This document shows positions 37,282 through 46,211 of a stretch of DNA of 64,000 bases, one piece after another; the stretch's first letter is position 1, and each line of letters begins with the position of its first letter. This DNA comes from a bacterium (GTDB lineage Bacteria; Patescibacteriota; Patescibacteriia; JAHIZJ01): positions 6,241 to 70,240 of the forward strand of contig JAUYLJ010000041.1 of the NCBI GenBank assembly GCA_030699685.1, in the 5' to 3' direction. The translations under genes were made by a program, and so were the position numbers. A model generated the notes under the pieces. The model saw only the letters and a program-made list of their open reading frames with translations, did no database searches and was not told the DNA's origin.

Positions 37282-39638
37282 AACAGCAAACAGCATCAAA
37301 GCTAAACAAAGAAATTTCCAACGGGCGATATTCTGACGCGCAAAATAAATCCTGGATAGTGTACCTGTCCACCTTCCCTCCCCGACAGTGCGGCATAGCT
37401 ACTTTTACCTCTGACCTGACCAACGCGACTGATCAAATGTTTGGACCCTCGGTTGAATCAAAGATTATCGCGATGAACCTGAGCGAAGTAAGCAGTTTTC
37501 CATATCCTGAAAAGGTGATTCTCCAGATAAATCAGCACCTTGAAGAGGACTATAGTAACGCGGCCATGAAGATTAACCAGTTGAATAAGGTGAAGCTGGT
37601 CAATGTTCAACACGAATTTGGCATTTTTGGAGGAAAATACGGCACCCACCTGCTTTCCTTTCTGAAAAAACTCCAAAAACCGGTTGTGACAACGTTCCAT
37701 ACTGTACTTCCTGCTCCAAACAAAAAAATGCTTGGAGTTGTTCAGGCCATAGCGCAACACTCCCAGGGAATCATCGTCATGACCCGATCATCAAAGGAAA
37801 TACTCGTAAAAGATTACGGACTGAATACCAATCAAATAAAGGTTATCCCCCACGGCATCCATCATATTCCCTATCGAGCAAGTACGCAGGCCAAGTCTGC
37901 TCTTGGTTTTTCTGATAAGTTGACCCTCTCAACCTTTGGACTTCTCAGTCCTAATAAGGGGATTGAATATGTGATCGAGGCCTTACCACCTGTGGTAGAG
38001 AAATTTCCTCATGTTCGATTTCTTGTTGCCGGCGTCACTCATCCGGTCGTGCTGGAAAAAGATGGAGAAAGTTACCGCCATTTTCTTACAACGAAAGTGA
38101 AACAACTTGGCTTAAGCGGCAATGTTTCCTTTTATAACACCTATCTTGGCCTTAACGACCTTCTCAAATTTTTGGAAGCAACGGATATCTATCTTTCCAC
38201 TTCCTTAGATCCAAACCAAACTGTTTCCGGCACTTTATCTTACGCCCTTGGCGTCGGACGCCCGGTAATATCCACGGCCTTTGCCCAAGCGAAACAAGAC
38301 GTAACGAAGGGAGTCGGCGTATTGGTCGACTTCAAGAAACCGCGGGCTTTCACCGATGCTATCATTAAAATTTTAAAAAATAACGCGTTGCGTCTGCAGA
38401 TGGGCAAAAGAGCCTATTTCCGTACCAGATACATGGCCTGGGAAAACGTTGCTCTTTCGTATCTGAAATATTTTTCCCAGTTTGTGCCGGAACAAACTCT
38501 GAGGCAAAGAAAACTTCCGCCCATAAAACTCGCGCATTTGGCTAAATTGACTGATGATTTCGGCATTATCCAGTTTGCCCAGCTGACTGAACCAGATCTT
38601 TCTTCTGGATATACTTTAGACGATAACGCCCGAGCCTTAATCGTTGCCACTCTCCACTATCAAAAATTCAAAGCTCCCTCTTCATTAAAACTCGCGTCCA
38701 TATACCTGAACTTTCTCCGTCGGGTGACCAGACCAGATGGACTTTTTGATAACTATGTCAATCAAAACCGAACTATTGATACACAAAGAAATCTTCAGGA
38801 ATATTCTGAGGATTCCAGCGCGCGCTGCTTGTACGCGCTCGCTCTGGTTGCCACCGCCAGCCAAATCCCAAAACATCTAAGACATGAAGCTCATTCTCTT
38901 TTTGAACAAAGTCTTAGGAAAAACATTGCTTTTTCTTCACCGCGCGCTATCGCTTTTTATACTAAGGCTCTGTATTGTTTTCTTTCAAAATGGCCAGGCT
39001 TGGGCAGTTACCCGCGCCTTGCCTCAAATAATGACGGAGCGCGCGTCAGCCGGGCAGGCCGCGAGCCCAAAGCTCTTGCTGTGTTAAGGCGCCAATGCGA
39101 ACTACTCGTGAATTTATTCGCAAAGAGCCGTTCTCACGACTGGGAATGGTTCGAACATTATTTAACATACTCGAACGCGACTCTGCCGGAAGCGCTTCTT
39201 CTCGGATACAAAATAACAGGCGAAGAACCTTACCTCGAAGTGGCCAATAAAACCCTCAATTTCCTGATTGAACACACCTTTTCCTCCAAAGGCGCGGAGC
39301 CGGCCAGCCAGCGTGAAACGACCTATATTCCCATCGGCCAAAGCGGATGGTTTCCCAAGGGAGGGGCAAGACAATATTTTGACCAACAGCCGGAAGACAC
39401 AACCGCCACCATCCAAGCACTTAATACGATGTTTCAACTAACAAGCAACAAGCGCTATGAAGCCCTGGCGTACGCTGCTTTCAATTGGTTTTTGGGAGAC
39501 AATGTTCTGGGACAGGTAGTATATGATCGAACTACCGGCGGATGTTATGACGGAGTTGGAAACAAATCCATCAACTTAAACCAAGGCGCTGAGTCTACAA
39601 TTTCTTATCTTCTAGCACGTCTTTCCTTCGAAAACTAG
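37278..39638 (+). CDS. glycosyltransferase family 4 fused to a C-terminal (alpha/alpha)6-barrel-like domain
   Basis: N-terminal GT-B / GT4 ('CGIATFTSDL', 'FGLLSPNKGIEY'). A C-terminal domain of about 400 aa follows. 4-nt overlap with the GH130 gene. Confidence 0.75.
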   Translation: MKQQTASKLNKEISNGRYSDAQNKSWIVYLSTFPPRQCGIATFTSDLTNATDQMFGPSVESKIIAMNLSEVSSFPYPEKVILQINQHLEEDYSNAAMKINQLNKVKLVNVQHEFGIFGGKYGTHLLSFLKKLQKPVVTTFHTVLPAPNKKMLGVVQAIAQHSQGIIVMTRSSKEILVKDYGLNTNQIKVIPHGIHHIPYRASTQAKSALGFSDKLTLSTFGLLSPNKGIEYVIEALPPVVEKFPHVRFLVAGVTHPVVLEKDGESYRHFLTTKVKQLGLSGNVSFYNTYLGLNDLLKFLEATDIYLSTSLDPNQTVSGTLSYALGVGRPVISTAFAQAKQDVTKGVGVLVDFKKPRAFTDAIIKILKNNALRLQMGKRAYFRTRYMAWENVALSYLKYFSQFVPEQTLRQRKLPPIKLAHLAKLTDDFGIIQFAQLTEPDLSSGYTLDDNARALIVATLHYQKFKAPSSLKLASIYLNFLRRVTRPDGLFDNYVNQNRTIDTQRNLQEYSEDSSARCLYALALVATASQIPKHLRHEAHSLFEQSLRKNIAFSSPRAIAFYTKALYCFLSKWPGLGSYPRLASNNDGARVSRAGREPKALAVLRRQCELLVNLFAKSRSHDWEWFEHYLTYSNATLPEALLLGYKITGEEPYLEVANKTLNFLIEHTFSSKGAEPASQRETTYIPIGQSGWFPKGGARQYFDQQPEDTTATIQALNTMFQLTSNKRYEALAYAAFNWFLGDNVLGQVVYDRTTGGCYDGVGNKSINLNQGAESTISYLLARLSFEN

Positions 39639-39721
39639 ATAAGCCAGGTTCATATTTCCACTGAAGCATCAGGATTTTTCCGTTCTGTTCAATATATCGT
39701 CGACGATCGTGATATGATTAA

Positions 39722-40615
39722 TTATTCTGGCGAGAGAATGTAGTGAAGGAGAGCATTCACGTAATCAAACGGAGCGTCATCAAGAAGTATCGCGTCAAAA
39801 TGCCTCTGATACTCTTCCAGCCATTCATCATTCCGCTCGTTCATAAACCCGATACTGATCAGCCAATCATGGGCAAAACCGCTAATCATTCCCAAATCCC
39901 CCAGACTGTCACCGAGGAGAATGACGTTTTTTCGTTTCCGAACCGCCGTATAGGCTGGTGCGAAATTCCTGATCAGGGTTTCGTCTTTATTAAATGTATG
40001 CACAATCGGCTCAATGTAACCGATTGCCTGGTCGTTGCCGTCCCAACGAAATTCGTTTGAGATAATGTGCACATTACCGGTCAATACGCCCGCATCTTTC
40101 AAAAACGCCGTTATACCCTCCCGACCGATCCCGCTGGCCGAAAGAATCACGAAAGGGATATCGAGTTTCCGAAGCGTCTCAAAAAATTCCCTCGCGCCGT
40201 CCCGCAATTCAACATATCCTGATGTCATCGCGTGTTCTATGTCCTGGCGGCGTAACCCCGACTCTATGAGTAGCCTGAAGTGGCTCCTCCACCACTCCAG
40301 CATTGCGCGCTTCTTTTCCTTCAGAGGAACCCGAATATCAACTTCTATCGGATGATACTTCAGATGCAGTTCTTTCGCCTTTTCAGGATAGTCAGGCGTG
40401 AGATAATTGTAGTCGTGCAATATTGAAATCAGAGAAGGCACGCGCCGCCCCCGAACAAATTCCTTCGTCAGGGTTTTGTCAAAATCGGCCAGCACGTGAA
40501 GCCCGGTCGCGCCCACTTTGCGCATCGCTTCTTTTTTCTTCAACAGTTCGGCCGGCAGAACCTCGACGATTGTTTTTTTGATCATAGCTGGAACCTTAGG
40601 AAAAGTTCGCGCCAA
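39722..40615 (-). CDS. HAD-superfamily pyrimidine 5'-nucleotidase (UMPH-1-like)
   Basis: 'DFDKTLT' motif I, 'ILSASG' and 'LLGDSLGD' motifs. An alternative start lies at 40585. Confidence 0.6.
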   Translation of the reverse strand: MARTFPKVPAMIKKTIVEVLPAELLKKKEAMRKVGATGLHVLADFDKTLTKEFVRGRRVPSLISILHDYNYLTPDYPEKAKELHLKYHPIEVDIRVPLKEKKRAMLEWWRSHFRLLIESGLRRQDIEHAMTSGYVELRDGAREFFETLRKLDIPFVILSASGIGREGITAFLKDAGVLTGNVHIISNEFRWDGNDQAIGYIEPIVHTFNKDETLIRNFAPAYTAVRKRKNVILLGDSLGDLGMISGFAHDWLISIGFMNERNDEWLEEYQRHFDAILLDDAPFDYVNALLHYILSPE

Positions 40616-40699
40616 GGCGAAGGCGGGAGCCCCTTCATGCGGCGGGATTTCCGCACTGTTTTAAATTGCTGTCGGGCGTCAAGATTCATCCAGCACCAG

Positions 40700-40788
40700 G
40701 GCGGAGGAGGTGAGATTCGAACTCACGATACCCTTTCGGGTATACCGCTTTTCGAGAGCGGCGCCTTCAACCACTCGGCCACTCCTCC
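40700..40788 (-). tRNA. tRNA-Ser (anticodon CGA)
   Basis: Minus strand GGAGGAGTGGCCGAGTGGTTGAAGGCG... Anticodon loop CTCGAAA. Long variable arm. T-arm GTGAG/CTCAC. Terminal CC is encoded but not the A. Confidence 0.85.
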
Positions 40789-40952
40789 ACTCTAGTGCTG
40801 GTTTTCCACGCCCGAGGCGAACCCGCCTTGGGCGGGCAACACTCTAGCATTCCTCCACTCTGTGTGCGACAGGACGCTTGCGTTGCGAGTGTATCGTCTT
40901 TCGATGACAAAATCAAGTGTGCTATACTTAACCAAACTACTTATTTATTTCT

Positions 40953-41624
40953 ATGTATAAGCCCAAAAAATCCCATCCCTGCGACATGCCCGCCGACGTT
41001 TCGCTGGATGCTTTAGTACTCAATGCTTCACTAAAGCACAAGCCTGATTCTTCAAATACTGACGAGGTGGCAAATCTCGTTATTGATTCGATGAAACAGT
41101 ACTGCCCAATCACTTCAGAAATACTTCGTTTGTCCGATATGGTTATTCCCGTTGGCCTTGGATTCAAGGAAAGCGGCAGCGACGAATGGCCCGCGGTTGT
41201 CAAAAAAATGAAAAAGGCTGATATCGTAATATTCGCCACGCCGATCTGGTGGGGACAACGCTCCAGCCTGATGCAAAGGGTAATGGAGCGGATGGACGCT
41301 CTTGATGAAGAATACCGCGCCTCAAACCGCAGCGCCCTCTTAAATAAAGTAGCCGGTATAGTCGTCACTGGCAGTGAAGACGGAGCGCAACAAGTGATTG
41401 CTTCCATCATGGAAGTGCTGACATTCATGAATTTCACTCTTCCTCCTGAGTGTGCCGCTTATTGGGTGGGAGAGGTTGGTTTGCCTTCAAATACCGACGC
41501 TGAACGCCGTCGTAAAAATGAAGCTGTTTCGCATATGGCGAAGAATATGGCGCGGAACCTGGTGTATTACTCACAGCTTCTCAAGCAGCACCCGCTGAAA
41601 CCCCAAACAAAGGCGTCAGAATAA
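40953..41624 (+). CDS. flavodoxin-like fold NAD(P)H-dependent FMN reductase family protein
   Basis: 'ADIVIFATPIWWGQRSSLMQRVMERMD' pattern. An alternative start lies at 40986. Confidence 0.6.
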   Translation: MYKPKKSHPCDMPADVSLDALVLNASLKHKPDSSNTDEVANLVIDSMKQYCPITSEILRLSDMVIPVGLGFKESGSDEWPAVVKKMKKADIVIFATPIWWGQRSSLMQRVMERMDALDEEYRASNRSALLNKVAGIVVTGSEDGAQQVIASIMEVLTFMNFTLPPECAAYWVGEVGLPSNTDAERRRKNEAVSHMAKNMARNLVYYSQLLKQHPLKPQTKASE

Positions 41625-42875
41625 CGAAGCCTGTGCATTCTCCTCATCAAAGGCTTCATCTTCCGTAAAAACCTTTACTGTTCCGAACTCACCATCAAAG
41701 CCTGGTTCAATGCGAATCCTGCCCTTTCGAACTCTTTGAATACCTTCGGCGATTTTAGGCAGGGTGATTTCACGCAGAGCGTCAATCGGCATATCCAACA
41801 ACACGCCAAATTCATTCCGTTCGCCGTTAATAAGTTGGTCATACTCACGTTGGACTGATTTGCTGTTTTTCCCGACTCCAAGAACCTCAGCGATAATTTC
41901 AGCCAAAGGAACAAGGCTTTTGTATGGAGGCCTTGCATCATTATTATATCCTTCTGGACGGTCAGCGAGAACTGATACCCGATTCATCACACCCACCGTC
42001 ACGCTCTTTCCACACTTCGGGCAAAGACCGTTATGTTGGGCGGTCTGTCCGGGTGACCAGCGAACGTCGCAATTTCTGTGCCCGTCCCAATGATATTTTC
42101 CCTCTTCCGGGTAAAACTCAATCGTATGGGAAATTTTGTTCTGCTCCGTTGGCCGGCGCAAGGCAGTAGCAATATTCTTGTATGAAAGCGACTCCAATTC
42201 AAAGACCGTTGCTTCGCGTCCCAGATTCTGCAACGAATGCGCGTCGGAGAATGAAACAATCTGTTTCGAGTCGAGCTGGGACAAACGCCAATTCATCGGC
42301 GGGTCTGAGGAAAGACCGGTCTCAATGGCTGGAACCTGATCGGAAAATTCACCAAAACAATCTGTCAGCCGGTCAAATCCCGACATTGAACCAAAAAGCG
42401 AAAACCACGGAGTCCAGACGTGAGCCGGGATAATGAGACAATCAGATGAAGCACCCAGCACAACACTGGCTAATTCAATAGATGAAATTCCAAGGATCGG
42501 CCGGCCATCGGATTTCAAATTTCCTTGCCAGCCAAGCTGAGCGTTAATCGTTTCGACCGTTTCGAGATCGGGTGCGACAATCACGATGTGAATTCGATGA
42601 CCCCGGCCGTTCTGACTGTAAATACAGCTCAGCTCGGTGGACGGCACGAACCACATGGCTTGATCTGTTCCTTTGAGACTGTAGAGCCCATTCTTCTGCC
42701 GCTCTAGTTTCTCCGTCAATTCTTTGAACCACTCGGGATGGGTAAAATCCCCGGTGCCAATCACCTCAATTCCTTTTTTCACACCCCACTCGCTGATATT
42801 ATCCAGCGTCATGTTCTGCGAGACGGCTCGCGAGTATTTGGAATGGATGTGAAAATCGGTGATGAACTTCGGCAT
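41616..42875 (-). CDS. PHP-domain endonuclease Q-like protein (TIGR00375 family)
   Basis: Start 'MPKFITDFHIHSKYSRAVS' at 42875. Other motifs: 'IGTGD', 'AHVWTPWFSLFG', 'SFSDAHS', Zn ribbon 'CPKCGKS' and 'RPPYKSLVPLAEIIAEVLG'. The ORF track's N-terminal extension to 43052 overlaps the upstream gene. Confidence 0.65.
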   Translation of the reverse strand: MPKFITDFHIHSKYSRAVSQNMTLDNISEWGVKKGIEVIGTGDFTHPEWFKELTEKLERQKNGLYSLKGTDQAMWFVPSTELSCIYSQNGRGHRIHIVIVAPDLETVETINAQLGWQGNLKSDGRPILGISSIELASVVLGASSDCLIIPAHVWTPWFSLFGSMSGFDRLTDCFGEFSDQVPAIETGLSSDPPMNWRLSQLDSKQIVSFSDAHSLQNLGREATVFELESLSYKNIATALRRPTEQNKISHTIEFYPEEGKYHWDGHRNCDVRWSPGQTAQHNGLCPKCGKSVTVGVMNRVSVLADRPEGYNNDARPPYKSLVPLAEIIAEVLGVGKNSKSVQREYDQLINGERNEFGVLLDMPIDALREITLPKIAEGIQRVRKGRIRIEPGFDGEFGTVKVFTEDEAFDEENAQASLF

Positions 42876-42880
42876 TGGGC

Positions 42881-43642
42881 TTAGAGCGTCTCCCACAGGT
42901 GGTGAAAAATCAGCTGCTGCGTTTCGGCCACGCTGGCATCCTTGATGATGGTCCCAAATGGGCTCCCTGCCTGATTGACTGAAATATACGCGGTCTTGGT
43001 AGAATACAAGATCGTATAAGTCGGACTGGAGCCGGCTGGAGTTCTCAGCCACTTTCGTTCATCGAGACCATGAGTCTTCCCGCCTGGCCCGAGCGCGATT
43101 GTCCGGACGGCAATGTTCTTTTTAATTCTTTCCCGGTTGAAATCAGGAAAATCTTTGTATAAGTATTCACGAATATTGGCCGACGAGTAGACAAAATAGA
43201 GCCGCGGCATCTTTTCGCGCCCCATCGTATCAAGCACGTCAATTAACATTGACTTGATGCCGGCGAAACCATCATAGTATTTGACGGTTGGCTTAGTATC
43301 CGCTCGGTCGTAGAGAGACTGCAGCTCAGGTATCACCGATTCCAGGTCATTCTTGGTCGCCTCCAGGGCGCGAATCCGGGCCGCTAGGTACTCTTTCAGT
43401 TTGCGGGGGTTTTCGGCGGTGAAGAACTGGTGCTTATCTTGATGATAATATGAAACGATCCCCTGTTCTTTCAAAGACTTGAGGATGTCATAAGTCGTCC
43501 CGCGATTGATATCTGCCGCGCTGGCGATTTTGCGCACGGAAGCGGGACCGCTTTGCAACAGCGCCCGGTATACTTTCACCTCCTTCTCGCTCAAACCCAG
43601 CTCATGAAGGATATTGTCAGCAGTCATGACTATTCGATCCAC
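42881..43642 (-). CDS. TrmB-family transcriptional regulator
   Basis: N-terminal wHTH 'LSEKEVKVYRALLQSGPASVRKIASAADINRGTTYDILKSLKEQGIV' plus a C-terminal TrmB domain. Confidence 0.65.
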   Translation of the reverse strand: MDRIVMTADNILHELGLSEKEVKVYRALLQSGPASVRKIASAADINRGTTYDILKSLKEQGIVSYYHQDKHQFFTAENPRKLKEYLAARIRALEATKNDLESVIPELQSLYDRADTKPTVKYYDGFAGIKSMLIDVLDTMGREKMPRLYFVYSSANIREYLYKDFPDFNRERIKKNIAVRTIALGPGGKTHGLDERKWLRTPAGSSPTYTILYSTKTAYISVNQAGSPFGTIIKDASVAETQQLIFHHLWETL

Positions 43643-44472
43643 TCTTTCAATACGCGCTCATAGACTTCGGGCGTAGAAATGTCATACCACTGCCCGTCAA
43701 AAGGATAGCCGGCTAACATTCCACGCTGTGCCAGTTTTGGCAAAACGTCCTGCTCAAGGCTGGCCGGAGTGGAGTCGGGAAGAACATCCATCACCTCAGG
43801 GTCCACCATGAAAATTCCGGCATTGACTAAGCCTAGATATTTGTTGGTAGTCGGCTTCTCCACGAAGTCAACTACTTTATTTCCTTTGAGCTTGACCACC
43901 CCGTAGTCGGAAAATTTGTCAGTAGCGGTCAAAGTCGCGCTCATCATACTACCCGAGTCCTTGTGAAAACGGATCAACTCATTGAGATCAATATTGGCCA
44001 ACACGTCGCCATAATACAGCAAAAATGGCCCGTTTATAGCTTCCTTCACCGTGCGGAGCGCGCCGGCTGTTCCGGCCGGGTTTTTTTCAGTGTGGTAGGT
44101 AAGATTCAAACCTAGCTTTGACCCGTCTCCGAAATGATGCGTGATTTTCTCACCAAGCTCTCGGCCGATCACCACGTGGATGTTGGTAATCCCGACGCCG
44201 CGTATCTGCTCCAAAATGTGTTGTAATATTGGTTTACCCTTAACCGGGATCATGGTCTTGGGCAGTTCATACGTAAAGGGGCGCATCTTCACTCCCTGTC
44301 CGCCGGCCAGCACTACTGCCTGGCGAATCTTCGGTCCGAGATGCTGGCTCAAAATAAATTCAATCGCGTGTGAGCGGTTGCGAATTTTTTCTCCGTCAAT
44401 AATCGCGTCCAGCTGGGGGAGCAGGTCTTTACGCAAGGTGATAGTAAGACGAGAGCGGCCGGGTTTCTTCAT
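43630..44472 (-). CDS. sugar-phosphate nucleotidyltransferase with an N-terminal ribbon-helix-helix (CopG-like) domain
   Basis: RHH 'SRLTITLRKDLLPQLDAIIDGEKIRNRSHAIEFILSQHL' followed by NTP_transferase 'AVVLAGGQGVKMRPFTYELPKTMIPV'. Confidence 0.75.
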   Translation of the reverse strand: MKKPGRSRLTITLRKDLLPQLDAIIDGEKIRNRSHAIEFILSQHLGPKIRQAVVLAGGQGVKMRPFTYELPKTMIPVKGKPILQHILEQIRGVGITNIHVVIGRELGEKITHHFGDGSKLGLNLTYHTEKNPAGTAGALRTVKEAINGPFLLYYGDVLANIDLNELIRFHKDSGSMMSATLTATDKFSDYGVVKLKGNKVVDFVEKPTTNKYLGLVNAGIFMVDPEVMDVLPDSTPASLEQDVLPKLAQRGMLAGYPFDGQWYDISTPEVYERVLKEWIE

Positions 44473-44719
44473 GGCACAATCATACAACGACTAAGGCAAC
44501 GAAGCAACATATCGCCAAGCTTTCGCACCAATGCACGGCAGCACATCCAATTTCTTTCACCACTTTCCGACTTTCACGCCAGATATTCTTCAGTATTGTA
44601 GCGGTACAACGATTACCAGACTACCTCCGCCACCTAGTAAAATCAGGGTTCTGGGGCAATATGGGAAGTAAACGCCCGTTTACCCATCATAAATCAAATG
44701 TGTTACACTGTGAAAACCT

Positions 44720-45937
44720 ATGCAAAAAACACTGATTGTATCCATCATTGTTTGCTGGCTGATCATCATTGTACCTGCGCCAAGTTCGGCCGCAACGATC
44801 GCGGAACGGGCCAGCGGATATATTCTTCTTGACGTAGAGCATAACGGCGAAGCGTGGTATGTCTGGCCGACCGATCTGAAACGATACTACCTCGGTCGTC
44901 CCGATGACGCTTTTGCCATCATGCGTTTTCTTTCACTTGGAATTACCGATGCTGATTTGGCGAAAATTCCGGTAGAAGGAAGCGGGGGAGGCGACCAGGC
45001 ACTGCGCGACCGCTTGGCCGGACGCATTCTGCTTCAAGTGGAACAGCATGGCGAGGCGTGGTATGTCCACCCGGAAACCACCCAACGCACATATCTCGGA
45101 CGTCCCGCTGACGCGTTCGACATTATGACCCGTTTTGGACTCGGTATCACCGCTGACGACCTGGCAAGGATCCCGAACGGCGGAACGCCAATGACACCAG
45201 AACAAAACGCTGCCGTCCAGCAAAGTTATACCCTCACGCTTGATCGAGGGTCTTTTCCGATCCATGTTGTTCAACTCAGCCGAACCGCCATGCGCATGAT
45301 CTCAGAAACGGGTAACTCGAACGACTGCGACGATAACTGTCCAGCCCAAAGCCTCGCTGCCTACACCGCTGAAAACAGCGCGCGTTACGGTATCCATGGT
45401 ACTTACTTTTGCCCGCCCGACTATCCGGCCTGCGCCAACAAAACCTACAGCTACCTTCCTCCTTTTTTCAATAGCCCTCTGGGCAAGATGCTTAACGCCG
45501 ACGCCCTGCCTTTTCACGCCGGTCCGATGATAGTACAAAATTCTGACGGCACGCTAACGTTCTTTCATCGTACGATTGACTTTGGATATTCCGTGGCTGA
45601 ATACGAATTACGTTCAGGGAAAAACGTCACGGCGGCAATTACCAACTATCCTTCATTAGTCGAAGCCAACCGCGTTATTGTGGAAAGCGAGCCACTGGAG
45701 TCTGGTATGCACGCCAAGGCTGTCCGCGGCGGGATCGGCTATAATGACGAATGGTACTTTTTAGTCATCGCACAATCTGCTTCTGTCATTGATTTGGCCT
45801 ACATATTTGATTCGCTCGGGACAGATTACGCGATCAATCTCGATGGAGGCGGCTCAGCCGCGTTGCTATACGACAATTCGTATCTATTCGGCCCGGGACG
45901 CCATTTGCCGAACGCAATTGTGTTCAAGGAAAGATAG
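44720..45937 (+). CDS. secreted phosphodiester glycosidase (NAGPA/DUF2233)-family protein with two N-terminal roughly 60-aa repeats
   Basis: Signal peptide. Repeats 'GxILLxVExxGEAWYVxP...YLGRPxDAFxIM...LGITxxDLAxIP' occur twice. C terminus 'INLDGGGSAALLY'. Confidence 0.55.
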   Translation: MQKTLIVSIIVCWLIIIVPAPSSAATIAERASGYILLDVEHNGEAWYVWPTDLKRYYLGRPDDAFAIMRFLSLGITDADLAKIPVEGSGGGDQALRDRLAGRILLQVEQHGEAWYVHPETTQRTYLGRPADAFDIMTRFGLGITADDLARIPNGGTPMTPEQNAAVQQSYTLTLDRGSFPIHVVQLSRTAMRMISETGNSNDCDDNCPAQSLAAYTAENSARYGIHGTYFCPPDYPACANKTYSYLPPFFNSPLGKMLNADALPFHAGPMIVQNSDGTLTFFHRTIDFGYSVAEYELRSGKNVTAAITNYPSLVEANRVIVESEPLESGMHAKAVRGGIGYNDEWYFLVIAQSASVIDLAYIFDSLGTDYAINLDGGGSAALLYDNSYLFGPGRHLPNAIVFKER

Positions 45938-46159
45938 CTAAGGGCCTGAGTATGAACATTTGCATCCAACGCTCATGTTGAGTTTTTTGGGCGCGTAATT
46001 ATTGTTCTCTATTCATCATACTTAACACCAGGTCTGTCATTGCGACCGGCCTGTGGTGAGCAAAGTCGAATCCAACCCTGTACCGAAGTGAAGCGACTGG
46101 TACAAAAAAATGTCATTACTTACAGCTCATTCCATCGGGATGCTGTATTCTTGGCTTTT

Positions 46160-46194
46160 GCGACGAAAAAACCCCCGTCTTCTTGGGGGTCTTT
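46160..46194 (-). terminator. rho-independent terminator (copy 1 of a repeated 35-nt element)
   Basis: Minus strand GACCCCC-AAGAAGAC-GGGGG then TTTTTTCG. It lies directly downstream of the FG-GAP gene. Confidence 0.6.
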
Positions 46195-46211
46195 GCTGGA
46201 TTGTTACGGAA

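Noticed and set aside
40779-40862. Short direct repeats 'CCTCCACTCT' / 'CACTCTAG' at the 5' side of tRNA-Ser, considered as a possible integration (att) scar
   Set aside because: The repeats are only 8-11 nt and lie at the 5' end of the tRNA rather than the 3' end. No integrase, excisionase or other mobile-element gene is nearby. Most likely chance or promoter-region sequence.
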